Translations under genes and position numbers: made by a program
Part shown: one piece after another, positions 1 to 8,450 of the stretch
How the letters are laid out: every line of letters starts with the position of its first letter
Numbering within the stretch: position 1 is the stretch's first letter
Notes under the pieces: generated by a model
The model's database searches: none
What the model was told of the DNA's origin: nothing
The model's input: only the letters and a program-made list of their open reading frames with translations
Source: an uncultured archaeon
GTDB lineage: Archaea; Asgardarchaeota; Thorarchaeia; Thorarchaeales; Thorarchaeaceae
Direction of reading: 5' to 3'
NCBI GenBank assembly: GCA_964354495.1
Contig: CAYHAA010000014.1
Span: 9,361-41,360, forward strand
Length of the DNA stretch: 32,000 bases

Positions 1-896
1 TGAATCTGCGCTCCAATGCCTTCCCACACCTTTACAGATGTGTCTGCCTTGAACGCATTGATCTGTAGTGCTGTGAGCTGTCTGTACGCAATGTCAATCT
101 CGCCTGCACTCATTGCTAACGCAAGTGCAGTGTTGCTTGCATACATCTTGACGATGATTCTGTCCATCTTTGGATAGCCTGCAGCAGCATTCCAGTAGTC
201 TGGATTCTTGACGAGGGTGATGTGGTCATCACTTCCACCTATCCTGACCCATTCCTGCAGGAGAAATGGTCCAAGCGCACATGGTGTCTGAGCAGTTGCA
301 TTGTAGCCGACAAGCTCATCCATAGGAGCAACCGCTCTATCTACCATATACGATGCAGCACATGACAGGAGCTGTAAGAATGGTGCAAATGCGATCTTCA
401 GGTAGAAACGGACCTCGAACTCGCTCAAGATGGTCACGTTCTTGATGACTCCTTGGTAATCCATGTTGAGCTGCGGCCCATCTTCCTCATAGAGACCTAC
501 TCCCGTGAGGTTGCAGTTCCTATCGAATGTATACTTAACATCCGTTGCATTGAACTCACGACCGTCAGGGAATGTCACATTTTCTCTAAGTGTGAAGTCC
601 CAAGTTGTTCCTCCAGCACTTGATTCCCAGCTCGTTGCTAGGGCAGGTTCTATATCGTCTGCCCCGGCTTCCGACCCGGGTTCTATTTCTACTAAGCCTG
701 AGCTCAGTGAAATAATCATCTCCCATCCGAAGTAGTCGTATGCCTGCGCCATGTCTATGCTAGATTCGACCGAGTCCGTTGTACCCATAACAATTGTGGG
801 TACAGCTGGTGCTTGTCCCATGAATAGATAGACACCGGCAGCGCCGACTACGATGATAACGATGAGAGCTATTGCAATAGTCTGATTCTTATTCAT
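1..896 (-). CDS. ABC transporter substrate-binding protein, family 5 (oligo/dipeptide/nickel), runs off the window edge
   Basis: Translated by hand because the ORF track omits it. ATG at 896-894 follows a GGAGGAGG SD. MNKNQTIAIALIVIIVVGAAGVYLF is an N-terminal anchor. Family-5 motifs are present: PALATSWE..WDFTLRENVTFPDGREFNATDVKYTFDR and GPFLLQEW..ITLVKNPDYW. Confidence 0.92.
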   Translation of the reverse strand, partial: MNKNQTIAIALIVIIVVGAAGVYLFMGQAPAVPTIVMGTTDSVESSIDMAQAYDYFGWEMIISLSSGLVEIEPGSEAGADDIEPALATSWESSAGGTTWDFTLRENVTFPDGREFNATDVKYTFDRNCNLTGVGLYEEDGPQLNMDYQGVIKNVTILSEFEVRFYLKIAFAPFLQLLSCAASYMVDRAVAPMDELVGYNATAQTPCALGPFLLQEWVRIGGSDDHITLVKNPDYWNAAAGYPKMDRIIVKMYASNTALALAMSAGEIDIAYRQLTALQINAFKADTSVKVWEGIGAQI

Positions 897-969
897 CAGT
901 AGTTGTCCTCCTCCTTGCACAGCGAATGAATCGCAAATTCAAGAAGTAGCTCTTTGTAGTTGCTCTCAC

Positions 970-977
970 CTATATAA
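970..977 (-). promoter_or_regulatory. Candidate archaeal TATA box (TTATATAG) for the ABC substrate-binding gene
   Basis: The minus strand reads cagcTTATATAGgtg about 75 nt upstream of the ATG at 896. Position and consensus only. Confidence 0.4.
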
Positions 978-1168
978 GCTGGACCCTTTTGGTGTCCTTT
1001 GTGCGAGCCCTGACACAAGGACTATCGCATATCAATGAACTGAGCTTTTTTTTTAACTTGAACTGCATCTACGTCGCATGCACTTTCCAGTTCTATGCTC
1101 TCTAGCAAGCTAACTTGACTTCACTGAATAGACTTGTTACTCTTCTTTACCTAGCTCACGGTCTAGGT

Positions 1169-2053
1169 CTAGCTTGATGGTTTCATATCCTTTTCAAAGA
1201 GCAGGATTGTGAATTTCTGCACCCACTTTGGGATCCATCGTTGCTCAAGGAGTGTTTCCCTAAATCGCATCTGGTAAATACCCATCACGAAGGGGCTGAG
1301 TCTCTCTTTGGCAAGCAGCATCTGTGAGTAGACTGCTTGGAGGAAGGCTTGTTGAGATTCCGCGTATATTGAGATTGACCACCCGCTCTCGCCGCCCTCA
1401 TTCCTCAGGGTTCCGAATGTCACCGAGTCGACTTTTCCTCCGTTCTCTCCTATGAAGACTTCTGTTTGCTTCACAGATTGGGCAATACCTTCTGGACTAA
1501 AGTCGTAAGCCTTCCAGTCATGGATAATCACATCGTCAGAGAATAGCCTCCCTGCGCCCGCGAGCAGAGTTCTTGCGGCTGCTGGCTTGACCGGTATTGG
1601 TGGTTGTCTCACGCCTCCACGTTTTACCCTCTTCAGGCTCCCTTTCCAGAAGACTCCCATCTTGGCCCTGACGCTCATTCCTATTCCGTGCGCGAGGCTT
1701 ATCGAGGCTGAGTTTGTCGCGTCAGTTGTGTATCTCAACCTATCCACACCTGCCTTGATGCCTTCGTTCACGAGGGCTTGTGTCAATACTCGAGCTAGTC
1801 CTTTTTTTCGATACTTGGGATGGACTCGGAGCCCTTCCATCCAGCCTGTCTTTCCTGAGTCAATCAGGTGGAGGTTCGCCATTCCTACGAGGTGTTCTTT
1901 TACTTCGATGCCCACAAGACGACACTTGCGGCTCTTCAGCCAGCTGTCAAGCTGGGATGGCATGTAGTCATGACCGCCCCATGTCCTTCTCGCCATCTCA
2001 AGTATGTCTGCTCTATCAGACTCAACCACTCGACGGACTCTGTACTCTAACAT
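1169..2053 (-). CDS. GNAT family N-acetyltransferase
   Basis: YRVRRVVESDRADI..GWMEGLRVHPKYRKKGLARVL (acetyl-CoA binding motif A) ..NSASISLA..GM, plus an uncharacterised C-terminal half. Confidence 0.88.
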   Translation of the reverse strand: MLEYRVRRVVESDRADILEMARRTWGGHDYMPSQLDSWLKSRKCRLVGIEVKEHLVGMANLHLIDSGKTGWMEGLRVHPKYRKKGLARVLTQALVNEGIKAGVDRLRYTTDATNSASISLAHGIGMSVRAKMGVFWKGSLKRVKRGGVRQPPIPVKPAAARTLLAGAGRLFSDDVIIHDWKAYDFSPEGIAQSVKQTEVFIGENGGKVDSVTFGTLRNEGGESGWSISIYAESQQAFLQAVYSQMLLAKERLSPFVMGIYQMRFRETLLEQRWIPKWVQKFTILLFEKDMKPSS

Positions 2054-2247
2054 TGGCTCACCTTTGAGAAGCTGGTTTCTTTTGGATAATTATTGAGATT
2101 TCCAAACCAGCCAAAGCACGTATAATGCCTTCTGTTTGAGCTGCGGAGAACAAGTCAAGGCGAATGGGACTGGATGAGAACTGCGAAAGCCGAAAAGGTC
2201 AAATTCGAAAGGAGAGGCCAAATTATGGATGTCCTCCGAGTTTGGAT

Positions 2248-2307
2248 TCACCTTCTGACTGGCCATGGCCTCTGTGTAGCATAGACTTGCCGCCAATCAG
2301 AAGGTGA
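2248..2307 (-). repeat. 16-bp inverted repeat / stem-loop in the methyltransferase-GNAT spacer
   Basis: TCACCTTCTGACTGGC (2248-2263) and GCCAATCAGAAGGTGA (2292-2307) are complementary. The single difference is a G-U wobble in the minus-strand RNA. Confidence 0.85.
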
Positions 2308-2352
2308 TTACATTCGAGCGATTTCCTGAAACTCCTTCTCCACCTCGATACA

Positions 2353-3156
2353 TCAACTTTTCCTGGCAGAAACGATTATTGTGAATGGTATTCGCTGTAT
2401 GAGATCTAGGAACTTCTCACTGGGATATGCATCCCGATATGGTATGGATTCCACGCCAATCTCCTCTGCCTCACTTTCGTCGTATCCACGAGGTTCAACG
2501 ACGCGATCAATATGCAGGCCTGATTGGATGACTCCATTGATGATTTGCTCGAATCGCCAAGGGGAGGTTTCAAACTCACCGATGGATTGTCCATCAGATG
2601 TTGTCCAAGACCATTTCTCTGCTTTTTCCCCGAAGTATGCTTGAACCTTCGCAAGGTCTTCGCTTTCCAATGCCGTCCCAACCACACTCCAGACCGGGTT
2701 GAGCATGCAGAATACAAACCGGCCACCCTTGCTGAGCACTCGTGCAGTTTCCTGAAAGACTCGGTCCAGATTTTCAGAGTAGTCGAATGCATGTGAGGAC
2801 ACAACTAGGTCGAATGTCGAGTCTTGAAAGACATGCAAATCCTCCATGTCTGCTTGCAGAAAACGAACAACGACATCTTCCTTCTGAGCCAACTTCTTCG
2901 CGTACTCTAGCTGGGCTTCTGACTGGTCAATGCCCGTTACACTTCTTGCGCCCCACTTTATCAACACTATGGAGTTCTGTCCTCCGCCGCATCCAATCTC
3001 AAGCACATCGAAACCGCTCACATCTCCGATTAGACCTAAACTCCTTTCCCCAGGAGCATGCGGTCCGTAGTGCACATCCTCAACGGATATGATATGTTCT
3101 GACTGGTAACACTTGCTGAGAGTGTCCCAGGACTTGCGGTTTCTTTCCTTTGACAT
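2353..3156 (-). CDS. Class I SAM-dependent methyltransferase
   Basis: Motif I VLEIGCGGGQNS, VTGIDQSEAQL, ADMEDL..FQDSTFDLVVS and LSKGGRFVF. Confidence 0.92.
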   Translation of the reverse strand: MSKERNRKSWDTLSKCYQSEHIISVEDVHYGPHAPGERSLGLIGDVSGFDVLEIGCGGGQNSIVLIKWGARSVTGIDQSEAQLEYAKKLAQKEDVVVRFLQADMEDLHVFQDSTFDLVVSSHAFDYSENLDRVFQETARVLSKGGRFVFCMLNPVWSVVGTALESEDLAKVQAYFGEKAEKWSWTTSDGQSIGEFETSPWRFEQIINGVIQSGLHIDRVVEPRGYDESEAEEIGVESIPYRDAYPSEKFLDLIQRIPFTIIVSARKS

Positions 3157-3309
3157 GAACTGTCACAAGGCGAGCATGAGGTTGTCCTCTAATCAAGGCT
3201 TCGAATTGCTGCACCATCAAACACGGTTAAAGGAGGGTGTGATTAGCCTTATTGGGAAACCCGAATTGGGTCTACAATGTTTATTTGAGATTGATGGCAT
3301 TTAGCAGTC

Positions 3310-3594
3310 ATGATTGAGATCCACCTCTATGGAATTCTGAGGGAGATGGTACCGGGGAGTAGAGTGGATGAGGATACGGCTCTCTATACTGATTTCAGAG
3401 AAGGAGAGGAATTTCATCAGCTCGTCAATAGACTAGGACTGAAGATATCAGACATTGGAGACTGTTTCATAAATGGCACCATAGCAGGTCAATCTGAGTA
3501 TGTGAGGGACGGTGATAGAATCGGACTATTCCCATATAACATGCGCCTAGTCGATGGCGGCATGGAGTTGAAATACAGCCCTCACAGACGATAG
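3310..3594 (+). CDS. MoaD/ThiS (ubiquitin-fold) family protein with an internal GG and a C-terminal extension
   Basis: MIEIHLYGILRE..FINGT..VRDGDRIGLFP is the typical MoaD/ThiS pattern. GG at 3556-3561 is followed by MELKYSPHRR. Confidence 0.8.
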   Translation: MIEIHLYGILREMVPGSRVDEDTALYTDFREGEEFHQLVNRLGLKISDIGDCFINGTIAGQSEYVRDGDRIGLFPYNMRLVDGGMELKYSPHRR

Positions 3595-3712
3595 GTTCTG
3601 ACATGAGAATCGCAGGTTTGCTCGGACCGGCTAGAGCGCTGCTATGGCTTCAAACTGCGCACAGTATTAGTCGTGTTCTGATGATGAGTTTTGGACGAGT
3701 TGAGAATCTCTT

Positions 3713-4335
3713 TTAGATTAGCTGCGCCACATGATGGCCCACTGGCCGAACAACAACAGAGTCACGATTCTTTGGAGAGTTCACATATGTGGATACTTCA
3801 TACGACTCCAAGAGGTCAGATTCAACTGGTTCCAGTAGGTCATCAATCTCCGCGATCTCCTGTAGCACAGGGTCGAGCCATCTATCCTCATTCTCCGGTC
3901 TGAGGATGACAGGCTTTATATCATGAATTGGTTTCATGAAGTCATTCGCGGCTGTGGTCACAATGGTACAGCTCTCTAAGGTCTTGCCTGACTTCATTTT
4001 TCAATACTCATAGAGCCCCGCCATAGCAAAGGGTTGCTCGGACTTCAGTCGAATGAGCATGGGTGTCTTGATATCTCCGCTCTTCTGCCACTCGAAGAAG
4101 CTGTCCGCGAGAATGAAACATCTCTGCCTCTTGAAGGCACTCCGGAAGGCAGGCTTTGTGACAGCAGTTTCTGCGCGAGCATTGATTAGCGATTACCAAT
4201 CTTGGAGTCCTTCGCCCATGAGGGAACCAATCCCCACTTCATTTCAACAACCTGCCTAGTTTCGTGCTGCACCACGGTACCGACTCTTTGCGCTGGCGCG
4301 ATGTTGTACGGATATTGCGAAATCGCTGATTACAG
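3713..4335 (-). pseudogene. SOS response-associated peptidase (SRAP/YedK/HMCES) pseudogene
   Basis: YNIAPAQ..MKWGLVPSWAKDSKIGNR, then a 1-nt frameshift near 4187, then INARAET..AFKRQRCFILADSFFEW..AMAGLYEY, then TGA (4003-4001) at a conserved Trp, then CTIVTTAAN..IHDIKPVIL..VSTYVNSPKN. The N-terminal MCGR motif is absent. The 5' boundary is approximate. Confidence 0.88.
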
Positions 4336-4341
4336 TTTGAT

Positions 4342-4965
4342 TCATTCACTAGATTCAGGGATACTTAGCTTCTCCAGAACTCTATCAATTTCCACTTCAG
4401 TATTGACACAACCCGCTCTGCTAAGCAAGACTGCTTGAGCAGGTATACCATATTCAGCGATCTTGTCGGCAGCCATTGTGGCCTCATCAAAGCATGCAAT
4501 TCCAAACACTGCTCGAGGACGTGCATTTTTAACAATTTGAATTGCTTGAGAACCTCCGCCAACCATATACCATTTGATTCCTCTATCTTCTGCGGCTTGG
4601 GTGATTTCTGCAATGACGCAGGCACCACATTTCTTGCAGTGATAACCTTCTTCATCGATTGGTGCTATGCATTTCTCTGCGTTTCTCAGACAATGAGGAA
4701 TTAAGACAATCCTGTCTTTTTGTTTTACATATTCATATGCACTCCGATTGATGACATTTCGTGCTTCGATGAATGTAAAATTGACAAGGTCTTCATCTTC
4801 AATATCTAGCTCGGATCTGGCCTTTTCAGCGAGTTCTTCGTGCGTGAGAAGAGTTTCAGTCGCTTCATAGGTCTCTAAAAGCTGTCGTATCTTTGCACGG
4901 ATATTGATTGAAGCAGATTCCTCTGCTTCTTCCGCAGTTTCTTGTCCGTTTAGCAATATACTCAT
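4342..4965 (-). CDS. DUF116-family protein (Cys-rich, putative metal/Fe-S binding)
   Basis: VLIPHCLR..C..CKKCGAC..GGGS..GIAC..GCVNT matches the DUF116 pattern. Confidence 0.85.
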   Translation of the reverse strand: MSILLNGQETAEEAEESASINIRAKIRQLLETYEATETLLTHEELAEKARSELDIEDEDLVNFTFIEARNVINRSAYEYVKQKDRIVLIPHCLRNAEKCIAPIDEEGYHCKKCGACVIAEITQAAEDRGIKWYMVGGGSQAIQIVKNARPRAVFGIACFDEATMAADKIAEYGIPAQAVLLSRAGCVNTEVEIDRVLEKLSIPESSE

Positions 4966-5243
4966 CCTAACTCGAGAGTTATGAGTTCCCAGATTGCCTT
5001 GTTAAATGGTTATGCATCAGGGAAATGCTCTGTGAGTTCCAAATTTGCTTCTGAGATGCCTCTGATTCCATTATGAAAAGAAGATTAATCCAATTGGAAA
5101 TTGAAGAAGTATTTCGTGAAAGTGAAGAGCTTCACAAGTCAATCCGTTGTTTTGGGAACGATCCCTGATACAGGCATCATAATGGAAAGGATTTCAGTAC
5201 ACCTGACCCTGTTCCATTCTTCAGGAAAACGAGACGGCATATA

Positions 5244-6851
5244 CTAAAACTCGCCCAACTCTGGAGATAGTTGAGTTGCACGATAGAAGAGGGTTTCGAA
5301 TTCGGGAGTACTAGCAAGTTCAATGTATTCTGCTGCTGCTGCGATTTGCTCCATCTCTTTCCTCATTCTTGATGAAAGTAGGATAAGCTTCGCTCCTTCT
5401 CCTGCTGCATTTCCAACAGGTTGTATTCTATCTAGATCGATTGGTGGCAAGAGTCCAATCCGTAAGGCGCTCTCTGGCCGCAGGTAGTTGCCAAAGGCTC
5501 CGGCCAGATAGAGGGTCTCTATCTGTACAGATGGCACCATCATGTATGCCGCCAGTATTTCTACTCCTGCTCGAATTGCTGCCTTTGCCAGCTGGACTTG
5601 TCTGATATCCTTCTGTGTTAGGAAAACACTCCGGTTCGATTTGGTTTCTTCGACGGTTCTAACGAGGTAAGAGCGACCGTAATCCTCAAGTTCCACGATC
5701 CTCTCACCTTCGAGAAGCCTCCCCGTTTTGTCCAAGAGTCCCACTTTCCGCAGCTCTGATACGACATCCAGAATTGCAGAGCCACAGAAACCTTCTGGAG
5801 TTCTACTTCCAATGACAGAAATCTCAGGTGGTTCATCAGGAGAATCGATTTTGACATATTCAATGGCTCCATCTTGAGCTCTCATCCCTTGTGTGATTCT
5901 CGCTCCTTCAAATGCAGGGCCAGCAGCGGCTGAGCAACACACCAGTCTCTTGTTCTTCGCTGCCACGATTTCGCCATTCGTACCTACATCAATGGCAACT
6001 GTGAACTGGGTCTTTTCATGGATTCCCTGTGAGAGAATGAATCCCAGAGCATCGCTACCAACATATCCAGCAATGTTTGGAGCGATGTAGAAGTCTGTTT
6101 CTGCAAAACTCGTCAAACCAAGTCTGTCTCCCGATGTCTGGTATGACTCCTTCATCGTTGGAATATATGGTGATAGTGCAAGCGACTTCACATCCAATCC
6201 TAGAGCTAGGTGGTGCATCGCAGTATTGCCAACGACAGCCACTCGACGCAGGTCCCTGTAGTCGATACTACGGTCATCGAAGAAGGATTCGATTAGATCT
6301 GTTATTCTGGACCAAAGACGCACTTGTAGATCCTTCTTTCCATTGACATCTCGGAGGACATGAGTCAGACGACTAACTACATCCTCACCGAACATGATCT
6401 GGGGATTCAGGGTGCTTCTTGACCCAATCTGAATTCCCGACTGCAGGTCTAGGAAGTAACAGACGATTGTTGTTGTTCCAATATCGATTGCGACTCCGAA
6501 TCCATGTTCTTGATCATGCTCGAAGAGATGGTCTGATGTCACAGATTCTGTCAGTATCTTGGTCTCTGTTTTCGCAGTGGGCACACTGATACGAGAGTCA
6601 CATTCTACTGAATGCTGACAGGAAAGCCTCAATCCAAGCTTGACATCTCCTGAAGTGAGGTGTTGCCGATCGCGTCCACCCGGCGCGGGTGCAGGATTAA
6701 TGGAGATTCTGCATTTCCCGCATGTTCCTTGACCTCCACAATCAGCTTGGATGAATCTCCCAGAGTCTCTTAATGCCGATAGGTAGGATGTCCCTTCAGG
6801 TACTTCTATCCTGACTCCCGATGGCTCAAGAACAAGAATCCATTTCTTCAA
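5244..6851 (-). CDS. ASKHA-domain [2Fe-2S] protein (DUF4445; RACo/RamA-type corrinoid reductive activator)
   Basis: N-terminal CGGQGTCGKC..RLSCQ ferredoxin. Downstream motifs AIDIGTTTIV, FGEDVVSR, DVGTNGEI, AGPAFEG, CGSAILD, TQKDIRQVQLAKAAI and LAGAFG. TTG start. Confidence 0.93.
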   Translation of the reverse strand: MKKWILVLEPSGVRIEVPEGTSYLSALRDSGRFIQADCGGQGTCGKCRISINPAPAPGGRDRQHLTSGDVKLGLRLSCQHSVECDSRISVPTAKTETKILTESVTSDHLFEHDQEHGFGVAIDIGTTTIVCYFLDLQSGIQIGSRSTLNPQIMFGEDVVSRLTHVLRDVNGKKDLQVRLWSRITDLIESFFDDRSIDYRDLRRVAVVGNTAMHHLALGLDVKSLALSPYIPTMKESYQTSGDRLGLTSFAETDFYIAPNIAGYVGSDALGFILSQGIHEKTQFTVAIDVGTNGEIVAAKNKRLVCCSAAAGPAFEGARITQGMRAQDGAIEYVKIDSPDEPPEISVIGSRTPEGFCGSAILDVVSELRKVGLLDKTGRLLEGERIVELEDYGRSYLVRTVEETKSNRSVFLTQKDIRQVQLAKAAIRAGVEILAAYMMVPSVQIETLYLAGAFGNYLRPESALRIGLLPPIDLDRIQPVGNAAGEGAKLILLSSRMRKEMEQIAAAAEYIELASTPEFETLFYRATQLSPELGEF

Positions 6852-6874
6852 CGAATCACTTCCGAGCTGATGTC

Positions 6875-7270
6875 TTATCGCAAAGATGGCCGAATGAGCG
6901 CTTCAAGAATAGCTGGTGGAGTTTCAATAGGGACATCACATCCGCTGCTCAATATAAAGCCCCCTCCGCTAGCCGCATTTTCTATGCATCTTTCTGCAGT
7001 AGAGAATACTTCTTGTGGCGACCCTTGGAGACGCATGGTAGTATCTACGTTTCCAAAAAGTGCTGCTCGTCCTTCTGCCTTCTGCTTTGCTGATAGAAGA
7101 TTCACCGCTGAGTCAATGCTGAGGGCATCTGCTCCAGTCTTGCACGTTGCCTCGATTATTTTGTTCGTGTTACCGCAGATATGCAGAGTGCCGTAGGCGC
7201 CCGATGAGTGAATTCTATCTATCATCTTTGTTACATATGGCTCTGAAAAAGATTCGAAATCCCCGGATTC
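6875..7270 (-). pseudogene. C-terminal fragment of a uroporphyrinogen decarboxylase/MtaA-family methylcobalamin:thiol methyltransferase
   Basis: In-frame FESFSEPYVTKMIDRIHSSG..LHICGNT..GADALSID..GNVD..GGFILSSGCDVPIETP. Similarity fades near 7270, an in-frame stop lies near 7316, and the N-terminal ~two thirds of the family fold are missing. Confidence 0.8.
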
Positions 7271-8160
7271 CTGAAGGATTAAAACTGCAGAAGATTCTCG
7301 CTCGTCTTTATGCCATTATTGCTTCTGATGGTCACATTAGCAAGGACGGCTACAAACTCGTATACAATAAAAAAGATCCTGCGAGGCAATTAAGGGTTCG
7401 ATCTGTACTGGCCGATCTGGGAGATGTTTGGATACATAGACTTCACTACCTCAAGAGAATTGATACGTTCCAATTACCTTCGGTATTAGGTCGACTTTTG
7501 CACAGACTTGGAATTCCATCTGGCGACAAAGTGCTGCAAAGTGCTAGAATCCCATTTTTTGTAATGAATGGACCTCCAGAGGTTCAGTCCGCATACCTTC
7601 AGGAGTTGATTCCCGAGGAGGGAGCAATTACCTATGGTGTATATGGTGGCCTAAAGATACTCTGGGGTCGTTCGGTCGTACTGCATGAGGAGCGAGCAAC
7701 CAAGGAATATGCTGCGCAGAGACACCTCGACGGAAGCTTGATTCAATTCATTAAGAAGCATGGAGTGTATGAGGAGGGACGGAAGTGCTATCGTCTTTCT
7801 GCTGGGCGGCTGCGCGAACTAAAGAAATCGAAAGACTCGTCAGTAGCACACCTCGCCTCGAAACTAGATACCATTGCTAGATCCCATAAGAACGCACTCC
7901 AACTCGATGAACCGAAATTGTGCAGTAATCTGGGAATCAACACAGGACGGCATTTGTGTTACGTCAGATACTACAATACATCTGGTCGTGTTTCTGCACA
8001 TTGGGAGGCTCACACTCGTTCGCAAAAGGATGTAGAAATGTGGTGGAGAAAGGCTCCTCCAAATAACGTGAGAAAACTAGGTAGGTTGGACAGATACTTC
8101 TCCGGTCAGGAAAACTATGACAAGGAGCCTCAAGACGAAACTCCTAACAGAAGTGTTTAA
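7204..8160 (+). CDS. LAGLIDADG (DOD/intein-type) homing endonuclease-like protein, probably 5'-truncated
   Basis: Two helix-plus-acidic motifs: LARLYAIIASDGHI (D at 7327) and ARIPFFVMNGPPEVQSAYLQELIPEEGAI. No Hint/splicing motifs are visible. The start codon is uncertain (7147, 7204 or 7237, all antisense to the UroD remnant). Confidence 0.65.
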   Translation: MSEFYLSSLLHMALKKIRNPRIPEGLKLQKILARLYAIIASDGHISKDGYKLVYNKKDPARQLRVRSVLADLGDVWIHRLHYLKRIDTFQLPSVLGRLLHRLGIPSGDKVLQSARIPFFVMNGPPEVQSAYLQELIPEEGAITYGVYGGLKILWGRSVVLHEERATKEYAAQRHLDGSLIQFIKKHGVYEEGRKCYRLSAGRLRELKKSKDSSVAHLASKLDTIARSHKNALQLDEPKLCSNLGINTGRHLCYVRYYNTSGRVSAHWEAHTRSQKDVEMWWRKAPPNNVRKLGRLDRYFSGQENYDKEPQDETPNRSV

Positions 8161-8164
8161 TTGA

Positions 8165-8329
8165 TTAGCTATCTATCAATTCAAAATCACTTTTCGCGGC
8201 TCCGCACATGGGGCACACCCAGTCATCAGGCACATCCTCCCACTTGGTGCCAGGATCAATTCCGCCGTCAGGGTCACCCACGTCCTCGTCATAGATCCAG
8301 CCACAGACCATGCATTCATACTTTGCCAT
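8165..8329 (-). CDS. rub: Rubredoxin (54 aa)
   Basis: Translated by hand (below the ORF-track cutoff): [54 protein letters not shown], with two CxxCG motifs. Confidence 0.97.
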   Translation of the reverse strand: MAKYECMVCGWIYDEDVGDPDGGIDPGTKWEDVPDDWVCPMCGAAKSDFELIDS

Positions 8330-8450
8330 TTTAGTCTCTCCGCAGATGTTCTATTGAATTCGGATACTATCGAAGTTGTACCGCGTATCGACTGTAACTA
8401 ATCCTCACGGGTTAAAAAACTTCGCTTAGACATGCGGAGAGAAGTGGATG

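Noticed and set aside
1046-1054. T9 run as a terminator
   Set aside because: It is on the plus strand while both flanking genes are on the minus strand, so no matching transcript is evident.
2161-2215. Hammerhead-ribozyme-like string CTGGATGAG...CGAAA..GTC
   Set aside because: The core has an extra G compared with CUGANGA, stem II pairs poorly, and I could not build stems I and III.
2098-2260. Plus-strand frame reading AFCLSCGEQV..G-TGA-E (zinc-ribbon-like, possible selenoprotein)
   Set aside because: There is no start codon after the upstream in-frame stop, no second CxxC, and the TGA is not at a recognisable Cys position.
4001-4003. In-frame TGA in the SRAP gene as Sec or Trp recoding
   Set aside because: It replaces a Trp in a gene with a frameshift and a missing catalytic N-terminus, and TGA is an ordinary stop for many genes here (e.g. 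hdrC, mvhD, mvhG).
7204-8160. Intein or group I intron interpretation of the LAGLIDADG ORF
   Set aside because: There are no N-terminal C/S or C-terminal HN splicing motifs, no host extein in frame, and no rRNA/tRNA context.
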